Source of the DNA: Candidatus Latescibacterota bacterium
Lineage (GTDB): Bacteria > Latescibacterota > UBA2968 > UBA8231
Direction: 5' to 3'
NCBI GenBank assembly: GCA_965217585.1
Contig: OZ244561.1
Coordinates: 640,001 to 704,000, forward strand
DNA: 64,000 nt
In this document: one piece after another, positions 1 through 10,250 of the stretch
Numbering within the stretch: position 1 is the stretch's first letter
Layout: the number at the start of each line of letters is the position of its first letter
The notes under the pieces: model-generated
The model's input: only the letters and a program-made list of their open reading frames with translations
What the model was told of the DNA's origin: nothing
The model's database searches: none
Translations under genes and position numbers: made by a program

Positions 1-376
1 ACGCATCGCTTTTGCCGACGGCAGCCGTCGTATCGGCCCGTGTATCGCGGTTGCTGGTATTAGCGGCACCGCGCGGCGGCATCGCGCGGCGGGGCAAAGA
101 ATCCAGCCGCGCACTTAGGACGCGGCTCTGGCTTTGGAGGGCCCTGAGTGCCTGCCGCAACTGAGCATTGGATGCCTCTAGCTGACGCACGCGCTCGGCC
201 ATGGCCTGCTCGCGCTCGTACGCAGCCGCAACGGCGCGTTCGAGCGCCTGGAGGGCCCCACTTTTTTCCTCCTGCTGGGCCTCCTCCCACTGGACGGGAG
301 GTTGTCCAGTTTGCGGCGGCGTAGCACAAGCCCCAAGGCCCAAGGCCAACACCAACGCGCTTTTCGCGCTTTTCAT
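1..376 (-). CDS. Lipoprotein with coiled coil, possibly CpoB/YbgF-like (partial, runs off the window start)
   Basis: Translated by hand from ATG at 376: MKSAKSALVLALGLGAC (lipobox LGAC), then heptad-like ERVRQLEASNAQLRQALRALQ; frame open to position 1. Absent from the ORF track because it is truncated. Confidence 0.55.
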   Translation of the reverse strand, partial: MKSAKSALVLALGLGACATPPQTGQPPVQWEEAQQEEKSGALQALERAVAAAYEREQAMAERVRQLEASNAQLRQALRALQSQSRVLSARLDSLPRRAMPPRGAANTSNRDTRADTTAAVGKSDA

Positions 377-461
377 CGCATTTTTAATTGGAAGCACCAA
401 TGAACCATCTTCGATAAATATAGCACAATCCCCCTCCCCAGACCAAATCGCGCAAGGGGCG

Positions 462-977
462 TCACGCGCTGGGCAGCGCCTTGATGCGCTCGACTAATTG
501 GGTAGTGGAAACGCCCGGCCACAGCGGCAGGGCGCGAACTTGGCCGCCGCGCGTTTCGACGTGTTCGCGGCCGACGATGGCGGCCGGGGCGTAATCGCCA
601 CCCTTGACCAAGACATCGGGCGCGAGTGCGGCCACGAGGCTCTCGACGCTCTCACCTGAGAAAATGCACACATGCGAAACGCATTCTAAGGCCGCGAGCA
701 CGGCGGCGCGGTCGCCCTGTGGGCAGAGGGGACGGCCCCGTCCCTTGAGGGCGCGGACCCCGTCGTCGTCGTTTAACCCCACCGCGAGACAATCGCCCAA
801 GGCGCGCGCCGCGCGTAGGTACTCGACGTGGCCGCGGTGCAGTAGGTCAAAGCATCCATTGGTGAAGACGAAGGTCTGCCGCGCTTTTTTCAATTGGCTG
901 CGGACGGCAAGCAACTGGTCGCACGTAATGATTTTGGCGGGACCGGCCCAGGCCGGCGGTGCATCGGGCGACTGCAT
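462..977 (-). CDS. rfaE2: D-glycero-beta-D-manno-heptose 1-phosphate adenylyltransferase (RfaE domain II)
   Basis: VFTNGCFDLLHRGHVEYL, VGLNDD, PDVLVKGGDY, STT motifs. Start moved to ATG 977 because the longer ORF runs into tRNA-His. Confidence 0.9.
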   Translation of the reverse strand: MQSPDAPPAWAGPAKIITCDQLLAVRSQLKKARQTFVFTNGCFDLLHRGHVEYLRAARALGDCLAVGLNDDDGVRALKGRGRPLCPQGDRAAVLAALECVSHVCIFSGESVESLVAALAPDVLVKGGDYAPAAIVGREHVETRGGQVRALPLWPGVSTTQLVERIKALPSA

Positions 978-1000
978 GGGCAAAGACGAGATGTAAAAGA

Positions 1001-1078
1001 TGGGGTGGATGACGGGAATTGAACCCGCGCCCTCCAGGGCCACAACCTGGCGCTCTAACCAACTGAGCTACACCCACC
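1001..1078 (-). tRNA. tRNA-His(GTG)
   Basis: GGTGGGTGTAGCTCAGTTGGTTAGAGCGCCAGGTTGTGGCCCTGGAGGGCGCGGGTTCAATTCCCGTCATCCACCCCA; G-1, GTG anticodon, encoded CCA. Confidence 0.96.
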
Positions 1079-1099
1079 ACTATGTCTTGAGGGCTTGCA

Positions 1100-1176
1100 T
1101 GGCGTGCCCAGTAGGACTCGAACCTACGACCGTCTGCTTAGAAGGCAGATGCTCTATCCAACTGAGCTATGGGCAC
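1100..1176 (-). tRNA. tRNA-Arg(TCT)
   Basis: GTGCCCATAGCTCAGTTGGATAGAGCATCTGCCTTCTAAGCAGACGGTCGTAGGTTCGAGTCCTACTGGGCACGCCA; TCT anticodon, encoded CCA. Confidence 0.96.
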
Positions 1177-1203
1177 ATCGCCAAGCGGTGCAAGCATTCA
1201 AAG

Positions 1204-1232
1204 ATATTAGGGGCTATTGCGATCAAAGTCAA
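1204..1232 (-). promoter_or_regulatory. Sigma70-type promoter for tRNA-Arg/His
   Basis: TTGACT (1232-1227), 17 nt spacer, TAATAT (1209-1204), about 28 nt upstream of tRNA-Arg. Confidence 0.65.
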
Positions 1233-1302
1233 CGCGACTCGCGGCTAGGCCGGACCTCTGCCGGGGCCGGGGGTCGCCATGTATCCGCCGGGCCCCAACC
1301 GC

Positions 1303-3333
1303 CTACTCGACCGGGACCTCGCCGCCATGCCAAGGAAAGGCGTAGCTGGGGTCGTTTACAAACCGTCTCAGGCCGCAGGATAGGCGCACGGACGTCATCG
1401 GCGGCAAGGTCACGGTGAAGTGCTTGCCGTTGACCTGAATGGTATTCGCGGTCGCGGTCTTGATCGAACGCACGCGGGTATTGGGGTTGAGGTCGTCGCT
1501 GCTGTAATCCGTCCCCGTGAACTCCACTTCCGTGAAGGAATGCTCGCCGAAGGCGCCGGACTGGACGATGAGGTTCCGGCACTCGCTGTGGCTCGTGTTC
1601 ACTAGCTGGATTCCGCATCCATTGGCGGAGAGATCATCGACGAGGGCGGCCACGTCCGGCGGCAGGCCGGGGCGGATGGCGTCGGCGTCGAAGTAACGCA
1701 CGGTCGCGCGCAGTATTCCCCCGTTGTAGAGTTGACCGGGGCAGCCCATGGTCGTCTGCACGAGGCCCTTGACGATCACGGGATTTGGCGGCCAAGCGTT
1801 GTCTGCGATGATCTGCTGGACGGTGCGGGTGTCGCGCATCATACCCTCGAGGAAATCGGCGACCTGTTGGTAGTCGGCCTGCAAACACTGCACCGGCCAG
1901 TCCGGGTTCTTGCCGTCGTAATACTGGAAGCGGGCGAATTCGGTGCGAGCGCCGCCGCGGTCGCCGATGGGCGGGAGCTCGTTCCAGTCGGTGCCGCCGC
2001 CGTCCCGCACCTGGGTGACCAGCTCGTAGTCGCCCTGTGACATGGACTCGTGCCACAGGTTGACCAGATGGGTGGGGCCGCCGCGGATGGTGAACTCGGC
2101 GTAGCCGGTCCAGCCGTCGGGCCCGTGGCTCTTCGGCACCACCAGCTCGCCCTGCTCGGTCTTGCCGCGGTCGAGGAGGGCGACGATCTGCGAGCGCAGC
2201 ACTTCGAGGTAGTCGTCGTCGCCGCTGAGCAGATGGGCGCACTGGGCCCCGACGATGAGACCGAGAAAGAGTCGGTCGGCGGCACTCTCGCTGCTGCTCC
2301 AGCCGTGCAACCCCCCCCACCACTGGCCGTCGTGGTGTTCGCCGATCTTGCCGGTGGGACCGACGTTGTCGGGAATGACCCCATCGTTGTCGCGGATGCG
2401 CTCTATCCAGCCGCCGACGTAGTCGAGGACCCACTTCTTGTACTTCTCGTCGCCGGTGTAGAGGTAGGCGTTGGTCACCAGCGCCGTGGCGCAGAGGCCG
2501 GCCGGCTCGTCGCCCTGCAGCGCCATCTCGTCGAAGAGGTCGAGGATCTCCTCGCGACGAGCTTGGTCCTCGTACCACCGTGGCTCGAGCTCCTTGATCT
2601 TCGGGTAGAGGAAGTGAGGCGTCAGCGGCTCGGTACTCGGATTGTCTTGGAGCGCGTTGCGATGGCCAAAATCGCCCAGCGAGCCGCGATCGAGCCAGTG
2701 GCGCACCAAGTGGACGTGATCCGAGATGTCCCCTCCTCGTTGGACAATGCCTTCGTGCTGGCGCACGGACGTCATCGGGCCGGCACCGCCGTGGAGTGGC
2801 GAGCGGAAGACACCGTGCTCGGTATCGAAGTTGGGCGCGTTGGGGTCCTCGCCGATGTACATGGCGGCGAACTTGCGGGCGCGCTCGCGGTTGGACGGAT
2901 TGGTCGGATCGGCGACGCCGAAGTCGTAGAGCATCTGATTGCCCTCGCCCATGTGGAACCAGTCGGCGTTGAAGGGGATGCTGAGGTTCCAGTACTCGTT
3001 GCGCAACTGCGGCATGTACATGGGATGCTTAGGCTCGTCGTCGGTCAGCTTGCGCTCTTCGCTGTAGAGCCAAGTGATCGCATCCCATTCCCGCTTGGCG
3101 ATGTGGAGGAAGCGCTCGTGGCCGCCTAGGGCGTAGAGCATGGCGCGCATGGAGCGGCTTTCGTAGGCGTCGTCCACGTCGAAGAAATGGTACACCCGGC
3201 CGTCGGAGCGGGCATAGCCCTCCGTGGCGCTGTCGCCCGCTGTCTCCAAGATGCTGAACAGGCGACGCTGCAGCAACGCCCACTTGGGCGGGGGGAGGAT
3301 GTCGGTACTAACGATGGTCGGTATGGTAGCCAT
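1303..3333 (-). CDS. Uncharacterised 676 aa cytoplasmic protein, paralog 1 (putative alpha/alpha-toroid enzyme)
   Basis: Long ORF with plausible RBS. Shares NAYLYTGDEKY, PDNVGPxGxIGE, WWGGxxGW, YNGG, RPGLPPDVAALV and QxGxFGEHxF with ORFs 6962 and 47818. Fold is inference. Confidence 0.85.
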   Translation of the reverse strand: MATIPTIVSTDILPPPKWALLQRRLFSILETAGDSATEGYARSDGRVYHFFDVDDAYESRSMRAMLYALGGHERFLHIAKREWDAITWLYSEERKLTDDEPKHPMYMPQLRNEYWNLSIPFNADWFHMGEGNQMLYDFGVADPTNPSNRERARKFAAMYIGEDPNAPNFDTEHGVFRSPLHGGAGPMTSVRQHEGIVQRGGDISDHVHLVRHWLDRGSLGDFGHRNALQDNPSTEPLTPHFLYPKIKELEPRWYEDQARREEILDLFDEMALQGDEPAGLCATALVTNAYLYTGDEKYKKWVLDYVGGWIERIRDNDGVIPDNVGPTGKIGEHHDGQWWGGLHGWSSSESAADRLFLGLIVGAQCAHLLSGDDDYLEVLRSQIVALLDRGKTEQGELVVPKSHGPDGWTGYAEFTIRGGPTHLVNLWHESMSQGDYELVTQVRDGGGTDWNELPPIGDRGGARTEFARFQYYDGKNPDWPVQCLQADYQQVADFLEGMMRDTRTVQQIIADNAWPPNPVIVKGLVQTTMGCPGQLYNGGILRATVRYFDADAIRPGLPPDVAALVDDLSANGCGIQLVNTSHSECRNLIVQSGAFGEHSFTEVEFTGTDYSSDDLNPNTRVRSIKTATANTIQVNGKHFTVTLPPMTSVRLSCGLRRFVNDPSYAFPWHGGEVPVE

Positions 3334-3451
3334 TTCTCGCCTTTCCTCTATTCGATTGAAAGGGAATTCGCCGTGCTAGGGGGACAGCTATTATAAGGTC
3401 AAATCCCTTCCTGAAGAAAGCCGGGCGGTGACCGATTGAGAGCAGGTCGGG

Positions 3452-5443
3452 CTAGTAGTGGTGGGAGAAGACCGGGACTTTGTTGCCGGTGCCACCGGCC
3501 AGCAAGTCGACGACGAGCCAGAACGCGGAGCAGGTAATCTGCCCCAATATGAAACCGAGAAAGAGGGGTCGCAGGGCGCGGTAGAGCCGGACTCCACCGT
3601 ACTTAAGGATGAAAGCCTTCAGGACCGATCCCAAGAAGATACTGAACCAACTCGCCGAGGTCATGTTGGTGGCGCTGACGGCGAAGCCGATATAGTGTAT
3701 GGGCCACCACAGGAAATGGTGCCGGGCCCAGATGAGGGCGGTCATGACGGCACCGCCGATGCCGGTGAACAACAACCGCGGGCCCATCACGTCAAAAGGC
3801 TCCAACAGGCTGACGGGGTTCAGAATTTTGTAGGCGGTGAAGCTGGAGGGCCCCTTGGCCATGGCCTGATACGCCCACAGCTCCAGATTGATGCCGCCGT
3901 GCTCGTAGGCGAGGTAGATGACGAGCCAGACCGAGGAGAGCAGGCTGACGAGCATGGCGACGACCATCGCCCAGAAAAGGGGACGCCGGAGCGCACCGAC
4001 GCCCTCGGCCAACTTCATGCCGTTGATGGCCGAGGCCATGAGCAGGATGCGAAGGTTGCCGGCCCAGCTAAAGGTCATGGCCAAGCTGAAGATGCCGGGC
4101 GGAGTGACGGAACCAGTGCCGAGAAAATTGATGACGATAGGCTGGGACGTCATCTGGGGCCGGATGAAGCCCAAGCCGCTCTCGGCGATGAGGCGGGCCA
4201 TGAACAGGAAGACGCCGAACGCCACCAGTAGGAAGACGATGGTCACCCACAGCGGCACCCCCGACAAGGTGAGCCAGGCCATCACGTAAAGGCTGCAGAC
4301 GCCCAGCAGCAGGGCGGCCGCCCGGTAGGAGAGCATCTCACCGCTGTCGTTGGTGGCGTTGGGGCCGGAACGCCAGACTTTGAGGGCGACCGTCTTGAGG
4401 TGATCTCGGGCCGTCCAGATGCCGTACGCGATGAGGGCCAGCATGGCACCCATGCCTTGGTGCGCCAGCATCAGGGTCCCCTCCATGAACTTCTCGATTT
4501 CCCCCGACAGCCGGTAGCCGATGGTGTACTGGAGCCCCATCTGCAGGTTGGCCAGCAAGTGGAACAGCCAGAGGCTGGAGGCCAACGCGAAGCTGAGGAA
4601 GTAAGCCAAGCCGAGGACGGTAAAGCTGAGGAGGATTTCGAGGGCACCAAAGTCGCGAAAGGGTACGATGACGGTGTACAGGTTGACCTTGGGAATGGAC
4701 GGAAAATAGAAATTCAGTCCGTGGGTACTCATCAGGCAGAACGGCACTAAGAAGCCAACCCACATGAGCGGGCTCTTCAGGAATGGGCCGAAGCGATCGC
4801 CGGGCCGGCCCTCCTCGATCATCTGCAAAGGCAGCTGCACTAGCGGGAAGAGCAGGCGCTCGTGGTCCACCCATTGCCGGCGCAGCAGCACCATCAGCGC
4901 GATCATCATCAGGTATATGGCCACGATGAAGCTGAGCCAAGCGACCAGCGGCACGACCCAAGCACTCCAGGGGATGGCCGCGCCTTCGGGCAGGCCCTCA
5001 AAGAAATAGCTGACGGCATCGTGGTCATGAACCACCATCCAGCGGTGGATGTGGGGGTGGATGAGCTCGGACCAGTCGTTCTCGACCGTGGCGAAGTAGT
5101 AAACCGCCGGGAGCATCGGGATGAGGTTGGCCGAAAAACCCCAGGTGGGAATGGTCGAGGCGATGATGAGCATCACGTAGATCACGGCCAGTTCGCCGCG
5201 ATTGAAGCCCCAAGGCGGATGCACCAGCTTGAGCAACGGATTGAGAAAAGCGGTGAGGAGGAAGAAGACGGCCACGGCCCCGGCGGTGATGTAGTCCGAG
5301 GACATACCGGCCGTGGACAGGGCCAGCCGGCAGTAGGCAAAGCCGACGCTGATGAGCAGGGACAACAAGGTCCCGGCGATGATGCTGCGGGCAAAGCGCA
5401 GGTGGGTCTCGCCAGCGGCTTGTGGGGTGCAGGAAGCGGCCAT
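3452..5443 (-). CDS. DUF6785/DUF6784 family polytopic membrane protein (OPT-like putative transporter)
   Basis: Many hydrophobic segments; ELAVIY, YFATxENDW, FFEGLP, LRRQWxxxERLxFPLVQLP, WWPIHxIG, LKYGG, RPLFLGFILG. Start at ATG 5443 with GGAG RBS. Confidence 0.8.
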   Translation of the reverse strand: MAASCTPQAAGETHLRFARSIIAGTLLSLLISVGFAYCRLALSTAGMSSDYITAGAVAVFFLLTAFLNPLLKLVHPPWGFNRGELAVIYVMLIIASTIPTWGFSANLIPMLPAVYYFATVENDWSELIHPHIHRWMVVHDHDAVSYFFEGLPEGAAIPWSAWVVPLVAWLSFIVAIYLMMIALMVLLRRQWVDHERLLFPLVQLPLQMIEEGRPGDRFGPFLKSPLMWVGFLVPFCLMSTHGLNFYFPSIPKVNLYTVIVPFRDFGALEILLSFTVLGLAYFLSFALASSLWLFHLLANLQMGLQYTIGYRLSGEIEKFMEGTLMLAHQGMGAMLALIAYGIWTARDHLKTVALKVWRSGPNATNDSGEMLSYRAAALLLGVCSLYVMAWLTLSGVPLWVTIVFLLVAFGVFLFMARLIAESGLGFIRPQMTSQPIVINFLGTGSVTPPGIFSLAMTFSWAGNLRILLMASAINGMKLAEGVGALRRPLFWAMVVAMLVSLLSSVWLVIYLAYEHGGINLELWAYQAMAKGPSSFTAYKILNPVSLLEPFDVMGPRLLFTGIGGAVMTALIWARHHFLWWPIHYIGFAVSATNMTSASWFSIFLGSVLKAFILKYGGVRLYRALRPLFLGFILGQITCSAFWLVVDLLAGGTGNKVPVFSHHY

Positions 5444-5591
5444 TCTGCTCCGTTCCGGCGCTCCGCGGCACCGGAGTTTGTATGGGACGAGTTGACGGCC
5501 TGCGGAGGAATCGCCTGCTTGTCCGGAACTAATTAAAGAAGCGACAATTTGTGCGTTCTGTCGATGCAGCCTGATTAGGAGGAAGGAGCTT

Positions 5592-6710
5592 ATGACCCAA
5601 GACAACAGGACCTATCGCGTCGCCTTGATCGGCTGCGGCCGCAAGGGGCACGGACACGCCCGGGGGTACGCGGGCAATCCGCGCACCGAGATCGTCGCCG
5701 CCGCCGATCCGGACGCCGACAATCTGAAGCTGTTTCTGGAACACTTTCCGGTGCAGGGGTATGCCGACTACCGCGAGCTGCTCGCCCAAGAGGAGATCGA
5801 CATCGCCGCCCCGATCCTGCCGGTGCAGCCCAACCCGCAAGTCGTCATCGATTGTTCCGGTGCCGACGTCAAGGCCATTTACTGCGAAAAGCCGATGGCG
5901 GCGAGTCTGGCGGAAGCCGACGCCATGGTTCAGGCCTGCGAATCGCGGGGCATCGCCTTTGCCTCGGGGGACGCCTACCGAAACATGCCCCAGCATTGGA
6001 AGGTCAAGGGCCTCATGGACTCGGGCGACCTCGGGGAGCTGTGCAGCATCAATCTGTACCAGTCCACCAACGAGATCTCGGGGGGCGGCTGCCAAGGCCT
6101 CAGCGTCCTGCGCCTATTCGCCGACGACGCCGACGTGGAATGGGTGACCGGCTGGTGCCTCGGCGACCCGTTTTCGGACGACGACCAGTGCATGGGTGGG
6201 CACGTCCGGTTCGCCAACGGCGCGGACGCCTTCATCCACACCAAGCGCTCGCCTCTCGAGGGCATCGAGGTAGTGTGCAGTAAGGGCGTGTACCATTCGA
6301 CCTGGAACAGCGGTCATCTCTGGCGGGGTGAGCCTCATAAGAAACTGGCGGAAGAGGAAGGTTTCTTCGCGGAATTTGGCGATCCGGAGGACTGGATCAA
6401 CCCCAGCGGTACGCGCCAGCGCGGCGGCATCCAGTCCATTGTTGAGGCCCTCGACCAGGGCATCGAACCCCGCTGCAGCGGGGCCAACATGCGCAAGGTG
6501 CTCGAGATCGCCATCGGCCTGCGCCAGTCGCACCGCGAGAATCACGCACCCGTCCGCTTCCCCATCCGGGACCGCAGCCAGAAGATCGTCCCGGCGAGGA
6601 GCCGCTTGCTCAACAAGAAGGAGACCCTAGGCGAGGAGCGTTATAGCGAGCAGATCAAGTCGGCGGCCGAAAAACCGCTCGGCGGGGCCGCAGTGGAAAC
6701 GGCGAGGTGA
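5592..6710 (+). CDS. Gfo/Idh/MocA family oxidoreductase
   Basis: YRVALIGCGRKG Rossmann motif and CEKPMA motif; AGGAG RBS. Confidence 0.9.
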   Translation: MTQDNRTYRVALIGCGRKGHGHARGYAGNPRTEIVAAADPDADNLKLFLEHFPVQGYADYRELLAQEEIDIAAPILPVQPNPQVVIDCSGADVKAIYCEKPMAASLAEADAMVQACESRGIAFASGDAYRNMPQHWKVKGLMDSGDLGELCSINLYQSTNEISGGGCQGLSVLRLFADDADVEWVTGWCLGDPFSDDDQCMGGHVRFANGADAFIHTKRSPLEGIEVVCSKGVYHSTWNSGHLWRGEPHKKLAEEEGFFAEFGDPEDWINPSGTRQRGGIQSIVEALDQGIEPRCSGANMRKVLEIAIGLRQSHRENHAPVRFPIRDRSQKIVPARSRLLNKKETLGEERYSEQIKSAAEKPLGGAAVETAR

Positions 6711-6961
6711 TGGTATCGTCGAGGCCGCCGGTTCGCCGCCTCGATCGCGTCCAGACCGTTGGGGCGAAAAGTGAGTTTTCTCGGTTTGGCTTAGATTCTA
6801 TATTTTATCCCTGCTCCCGCACGTCGCATACCACAGGACGCTCGCCTTTGTCAGCCGCTTTTGCGGCAAGCGGCGTCATGGGGGCCATCGTCGGCGGGGT
6901 CTAGGTGAAGCAGATGGGCGGACAGAAACGGGATGATTGACCAACGATCAAGGAGGCTGCT

Positions 6962-8992
6962 GTGACCGATATGAGTGCATTGCCGCAGATCACCGCGACC
7001 CGGGTGGGTGCGCCGCCGGCCTGGGCCCTACTAGAGCGCAATCTCATCGCCCAGATGGAGGAGGGAGCTCGGTTCAGGTTTCGCCAGTGTACGGAGCGCG
7101 GTGGGGCCATCCTCTACGCCGAGGATTTCGACGATCTCTTCGAGCAATTCTACAACTGGGGCCTGTTCTACGCCATGGGGGCGGACGATAGCTTGCTCGA
7201 GATGGCGGCGACGGCGTGGAACGCGACAGTCCGAATCAGCGATGAGAACATCGTCCATCGCACCCGGTTTAACGACCACAAGAAGGTCTTCCGGCCCTCG
7301 GCCCGGCGGGAGTTCTGGAATATCGAGCAGGCCATGGAGTGGCATCATCTGGGGGAGGGCATGATGGCCTTCTACGACTTCGGCGTCGCCGACCCGACGA
7401 TCTCGGAGATGGCCCGGCGCACCCAGCTATTCGCCGGATTCTACACGGGCGAGGATCCGGAGGCACCCAACTACGATCCAGAGCACAAAATTCTGCGGTC
7501 CCCCTTCCAGTCGAGCGAGGGGCCGTTGCAGGAAGTGGGGGCCGAGACCGCACACGCCATGCTCCTCGCGGGGCGCTGGCTGGGCAGCGAGGTCAACTAC
7601 TACGGCGTCCGCGCCAGTCTCTACCCGATCGTGGAAGACCTCGAGCTCGACTGGTGGGAGGACCCGGCGCGACGGGAGGAGATCGTCGACCTGTTCAACA
7701 AGCTGATTCTGCAGTCGGACACACCCAACAACCTAGGCGCCACGGCGCTGGTGACCCACGCCTACCTGTACACGGGGGACGAGAAGTACAAACGCTGGGT
7801 GCTGGAGTACACCGAGGCGTGGATGGAGCGGGCCGCGCAGAACGGCGGCATCATGCCCGATAACGTGGGACCCAACGGCATCATCGGCGAGCGTCGCAAC
7901 GGCAACTTCTGGGGCGGCCAGTACGGTTGGAACCACTATCAGGGCTTCAACATCATGTTTCACAGCCTCAACATCGCCGCCGAATGCGCCCTGCTGCTGA
8001 CCGGCGACTTCGGCTACCTCGATCTGCTCCGCGATCAGGTCAAAATCCTCCTCGATGCCTCCATCAAGAGAGAGGACGGTCAGCTAATTATGCCGACGCG
8101 CTACGGACCCTCTGGCTGGCAGTACGACCCACCCCTGCCGCGGCGGGAAGACACGATCGTGCCGATGCGCCACGTTTACACCGGTCCGATTCCCTGGCGT
8201 ATGCAGGAGTTGGCCCACCTGTACCACGCCTCCATGGCGCGGGAGGACTACGAGCTGATCGAGCAGGTGCGCGAGGGGGAGGTCGAGCGCGACTGGAATT
8301 CCGTTGGCGCGGTTGCCGGCGAAAAGAACGGGGGACAGACCGAGTTCGCCCGGTTCCAGTACTACGACGGCAAGAACCCGGAGTGGCCCGAGAAGATCCT
8401 AGCGGCCGAGTCGGAGTGGTCAATGCAGGCCATTAACCGGATGCGCAAGGACCAGCGCACCGCGATCGAAAGACTGCAGGAAAACGCCATTCCCGAGAAC
8501 CCGGTCTTTACCAAGGGCCTGACCCAAGTGACGATGGGGGGGCCCCAGTCCATCTACAACGGCGGGCTGCTGCGCGCCACGGTTCGCTACTACGACCGAG
8601 ACCAGCAGCGTCCCGGGTTACCTCCCGACGTCGCCGCCCTCGTCGACCATCTCGCAGCCGACGCCGTGGGGGTCCAGCTCGTGAACTGCAGCCGTGAAGA
8701 GGAGCGACGGTTGATCGTGCAGGCGGGTACCTTCGGGGAGCACACCTTCACGGAGGTGAGGACGGAGAATGGCGAGGGGACGGCACCGGCCACAACGCAC
8801 GTAAACGGCCGGTATGTCGCCGTCAATCTGCCGCCCGCGACGCAGGTGAGCCTCAACGCCGGTCTCTCCCGGTTCAGCAACAAGCCGAGTTACGCTTTCC
8901 CTTGGCACGGCGGTGAGATCCCGATCCCGTTTCCCGTAAACGCGGGTGCAACCGGCAGATCGGGTTCAGCATACGTGGCGCCGTCTCGTTGA
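6962..8992 (+). CDS. Uncharacterised 676 aa cytoplasmic protein, paralog 2
   Basis: AAGGAGG RBS before GTG; same motif set as 1303..3333, including TEFARFQYYDGKNPxWP and PSYAFPWHGGE. Confidence 0.85.
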   Translation: MTDMSALPQITATRVGAPPAWALLERNLIAQMEEGARFRFRQCTERGGAILYAEDFDDLFEQFYNWGLFYAMGADDSLLEMAATAWNATVRISDENIVHRTRFNDHKKVFRPSARREFWNIEQAMEWHHLGEGMMAFYDFGVADPTISEMARRTQLFAGFYTGEDPEAPNYDPEHKILRSPFQSSEGPLQEVGAETAHAMLLAGRWLGSEVNYYGVRASLYPIVEDLELDWWEDPARREEIVDLFNKLILQSDTPNNLGATALVTHAYLYTGDEKYKRWVLEYTEAWMERAAQNGGIMPDNVGPNGIIGERRNGNFWGGQYGWNHYQGFNIMFHSLNIAAECALLLTGDFGYLDLLRDQVKILLDASIKREDGQLIMPTRYGPSGWQYDPPLPRREDTIVPMRHVYTGPIPWRMQELAHLYHASMAREDYELIEQVREGEVERDWNSVGAVAGEKNGGQTEFARFQYYDGKNPEWPEKILAAESEWSMQAINRMRKDQRTAIERLQENAIPENPVFTKGLTQVTMGGPQSIYNGGLLRATVRYYDRDQQRPGLPPDVAALVDHLAADAVGVQLVNCSREEERRLIVQAGTFGEHTFTEVRTENGEGTAPATTHVNGRYVAVNLPPATQVSLNAGLSRFSNKPSYAFPWHGGEIPIPFPVNAGATGRSGSAYVAPSR

Positions 8993-9010
8993 ACAGCGCC
9001 AGCCGGCGTC

Positions 9011-10183
9011 CTAGGCCGAGGCCAGCACCCGCACGACGTTTTCCCCCATGATCTTGGCCGCGTCCGTCTCGGAATAGCCATGGTCGATCAACGCCGCGGT
9101 GTACTCCTTCCACTGCGGCACACTTTGTGCATGGGAGGAAAGGCCGACATGGTCGATTCCCGCCGCGTTGATTACATGGTCTATGGTGGCTAAGTCGAGC
9201 TTGGTGCCCCAGATCTCCGCGTCGGCCAACTTGGCCTGGGCACGCTCGAACGGGTCGGGGTAGCGCCGGTGCAGGGCGTCGTCGCGCTTGCGCCGGGCCT
9301 CGTGTCGTTCGCGAGGAGTTCGCGGCGTCGGCGCCAAGACGCAGACCACGCCTCCGCCATCTGCTACTTCCCGCATCAGGTCGTCCGGCATGTCGCGCAG
9401 ACTCCGGCTGAGAGCCCGGGCTTTGGTGTGGGTGGCTATCATCGGCTTCGTCGCCACTGTTAGGGCATCTCTGCAGGTGTAGTCGGAGCAGTGCGCCAAG
9501 TCGACGAGCATACCGAGTTCGTTGCAGGTGCGGATCACGTCGCGCCCAAAGTCGGTCAAGCCGGGGGGATCGTTCAACTCGGCGCTGGAGTCGGCCCAAG
9601 AGGGCGCGCTCAGGTGGCTGGGGCACATGACCCGTATGCCCTCGCGGTAAAACTCGCGGAGCACGTCGAGACGGTCCGCGATAAAGCCGCTCACCAGCAT
9701 CAGCACCATCGCGATCCTGCCGTCGGCGACGATCCTAGAGACGTCATCGCCGGAGCAGGCGACCTCGACGTAGTCCCCGTAGGCCGCGGCGAACTGCTTG
9801 TGCTCTTCGAGGTTCATCACCACGCGCTCGAGGAGCTCCTCGCCTTCAAAGAATGGCTTCCACTGCTTGGACCCGCGAGTCGGTTCGGTTAGGGAATCGA
9901 ACTCCGGCGTCTCGGCTACGTACTGTTCCTCCACCCCGAACGCTTGGATGACCACGTCGATGCGTCCGCGGATGTTCTCCGCTAGATCTACCACAGCCGA
10001 GTAGGCGTCGACCACGGTGAGCTGCCGATGGAGTTGGTCGTACGGGCCGTGATCGAAGCGGTCATCGAGAACGCAGTGGGTCGACGCGTCCAGCCGGCCG
10101 ATCTTTTGGCCGATCGGCAGGCCCAGCCTCTCGGTCTCGCGGCTTTCGACGTACTTAGTGCCTATGTCAGGTCGCCTAGTCAT
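9011..10183 (-). CDS. Membrane dipeptidase (M19) family protein, divergent active site
   Basis: GLTDFGRDVIRTCNELGMLVDLAH, IATHT, ADGGGVV, IDHVINAAGIDHVGL match the M19 fold; several metal ligands are missing. Confidence 0.8.
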   Translation of the reverse strand: MTRRPDIGTKYVESRETERLGLPIGQKIGRLDASTHCVLDDRFDHGPYDQLHRQLTVVDAYSAVVDLAENIRGRIDVVIQAFGVEEQYVAETPEFDSLTEPTRGSKQWKPFFEGEELLERVVMNLEEHKQFAAAYGDYVEVACSGDDVSRIVADGRIAMVLMLVSGFIADRLDVLREFYREGIRVMCPSHLSAPSWADSSAELNDPPGLTDFGRDVIRTCNELGMLVDLAHCSDYTCRDALTVATKPMIATHTKARALSRSLRDMPDDLMREVADGGGVVCVLAPTPRTPRERHEARRKRDDALHRRYPDPFERAQAKLADAEIWGTKLDLATIDHVINAAGIDHVGLSSHAQSVPQWKEYTAALIDHGYSETDAAKIMGENVVRVLASA

Positions 10184-10250
10184 CCCGATCACCGACGGGC
10201 AGATGGCCGATAAAGTATGCCGCGGCAGGTACGGCTACGCAGCCTCGCGG

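Noticed and set aside
978-1248. ORFs 847..1080, 1000..1248, 1095..1418 and the N-terminal extension of 462..1043
   Set aside because: They are translations of the tRNA-His/Arg genes, not proteins; the same applies to 13687..14004 and 13820..14044 over tRNA-Leu/Cys.
1245-1275. Possible att repeat of the tRNA-Leu 3' end (tgccggggccgg vs tgccgagggccgg)
   Set aside because: Short, gapped and GC-rich, so expected by chance; no integrase nearby.
1634-5536. Long alternative-frame and antisense ORFs (e.g. 1634..2578, 2050..3129, 3458..4231, 4862..5536), and similar ones across the window
   Set aside because: Shadow ORFs typical of high-GC coding DNA; they overlap well-supported genes and have no recognisable motifs.
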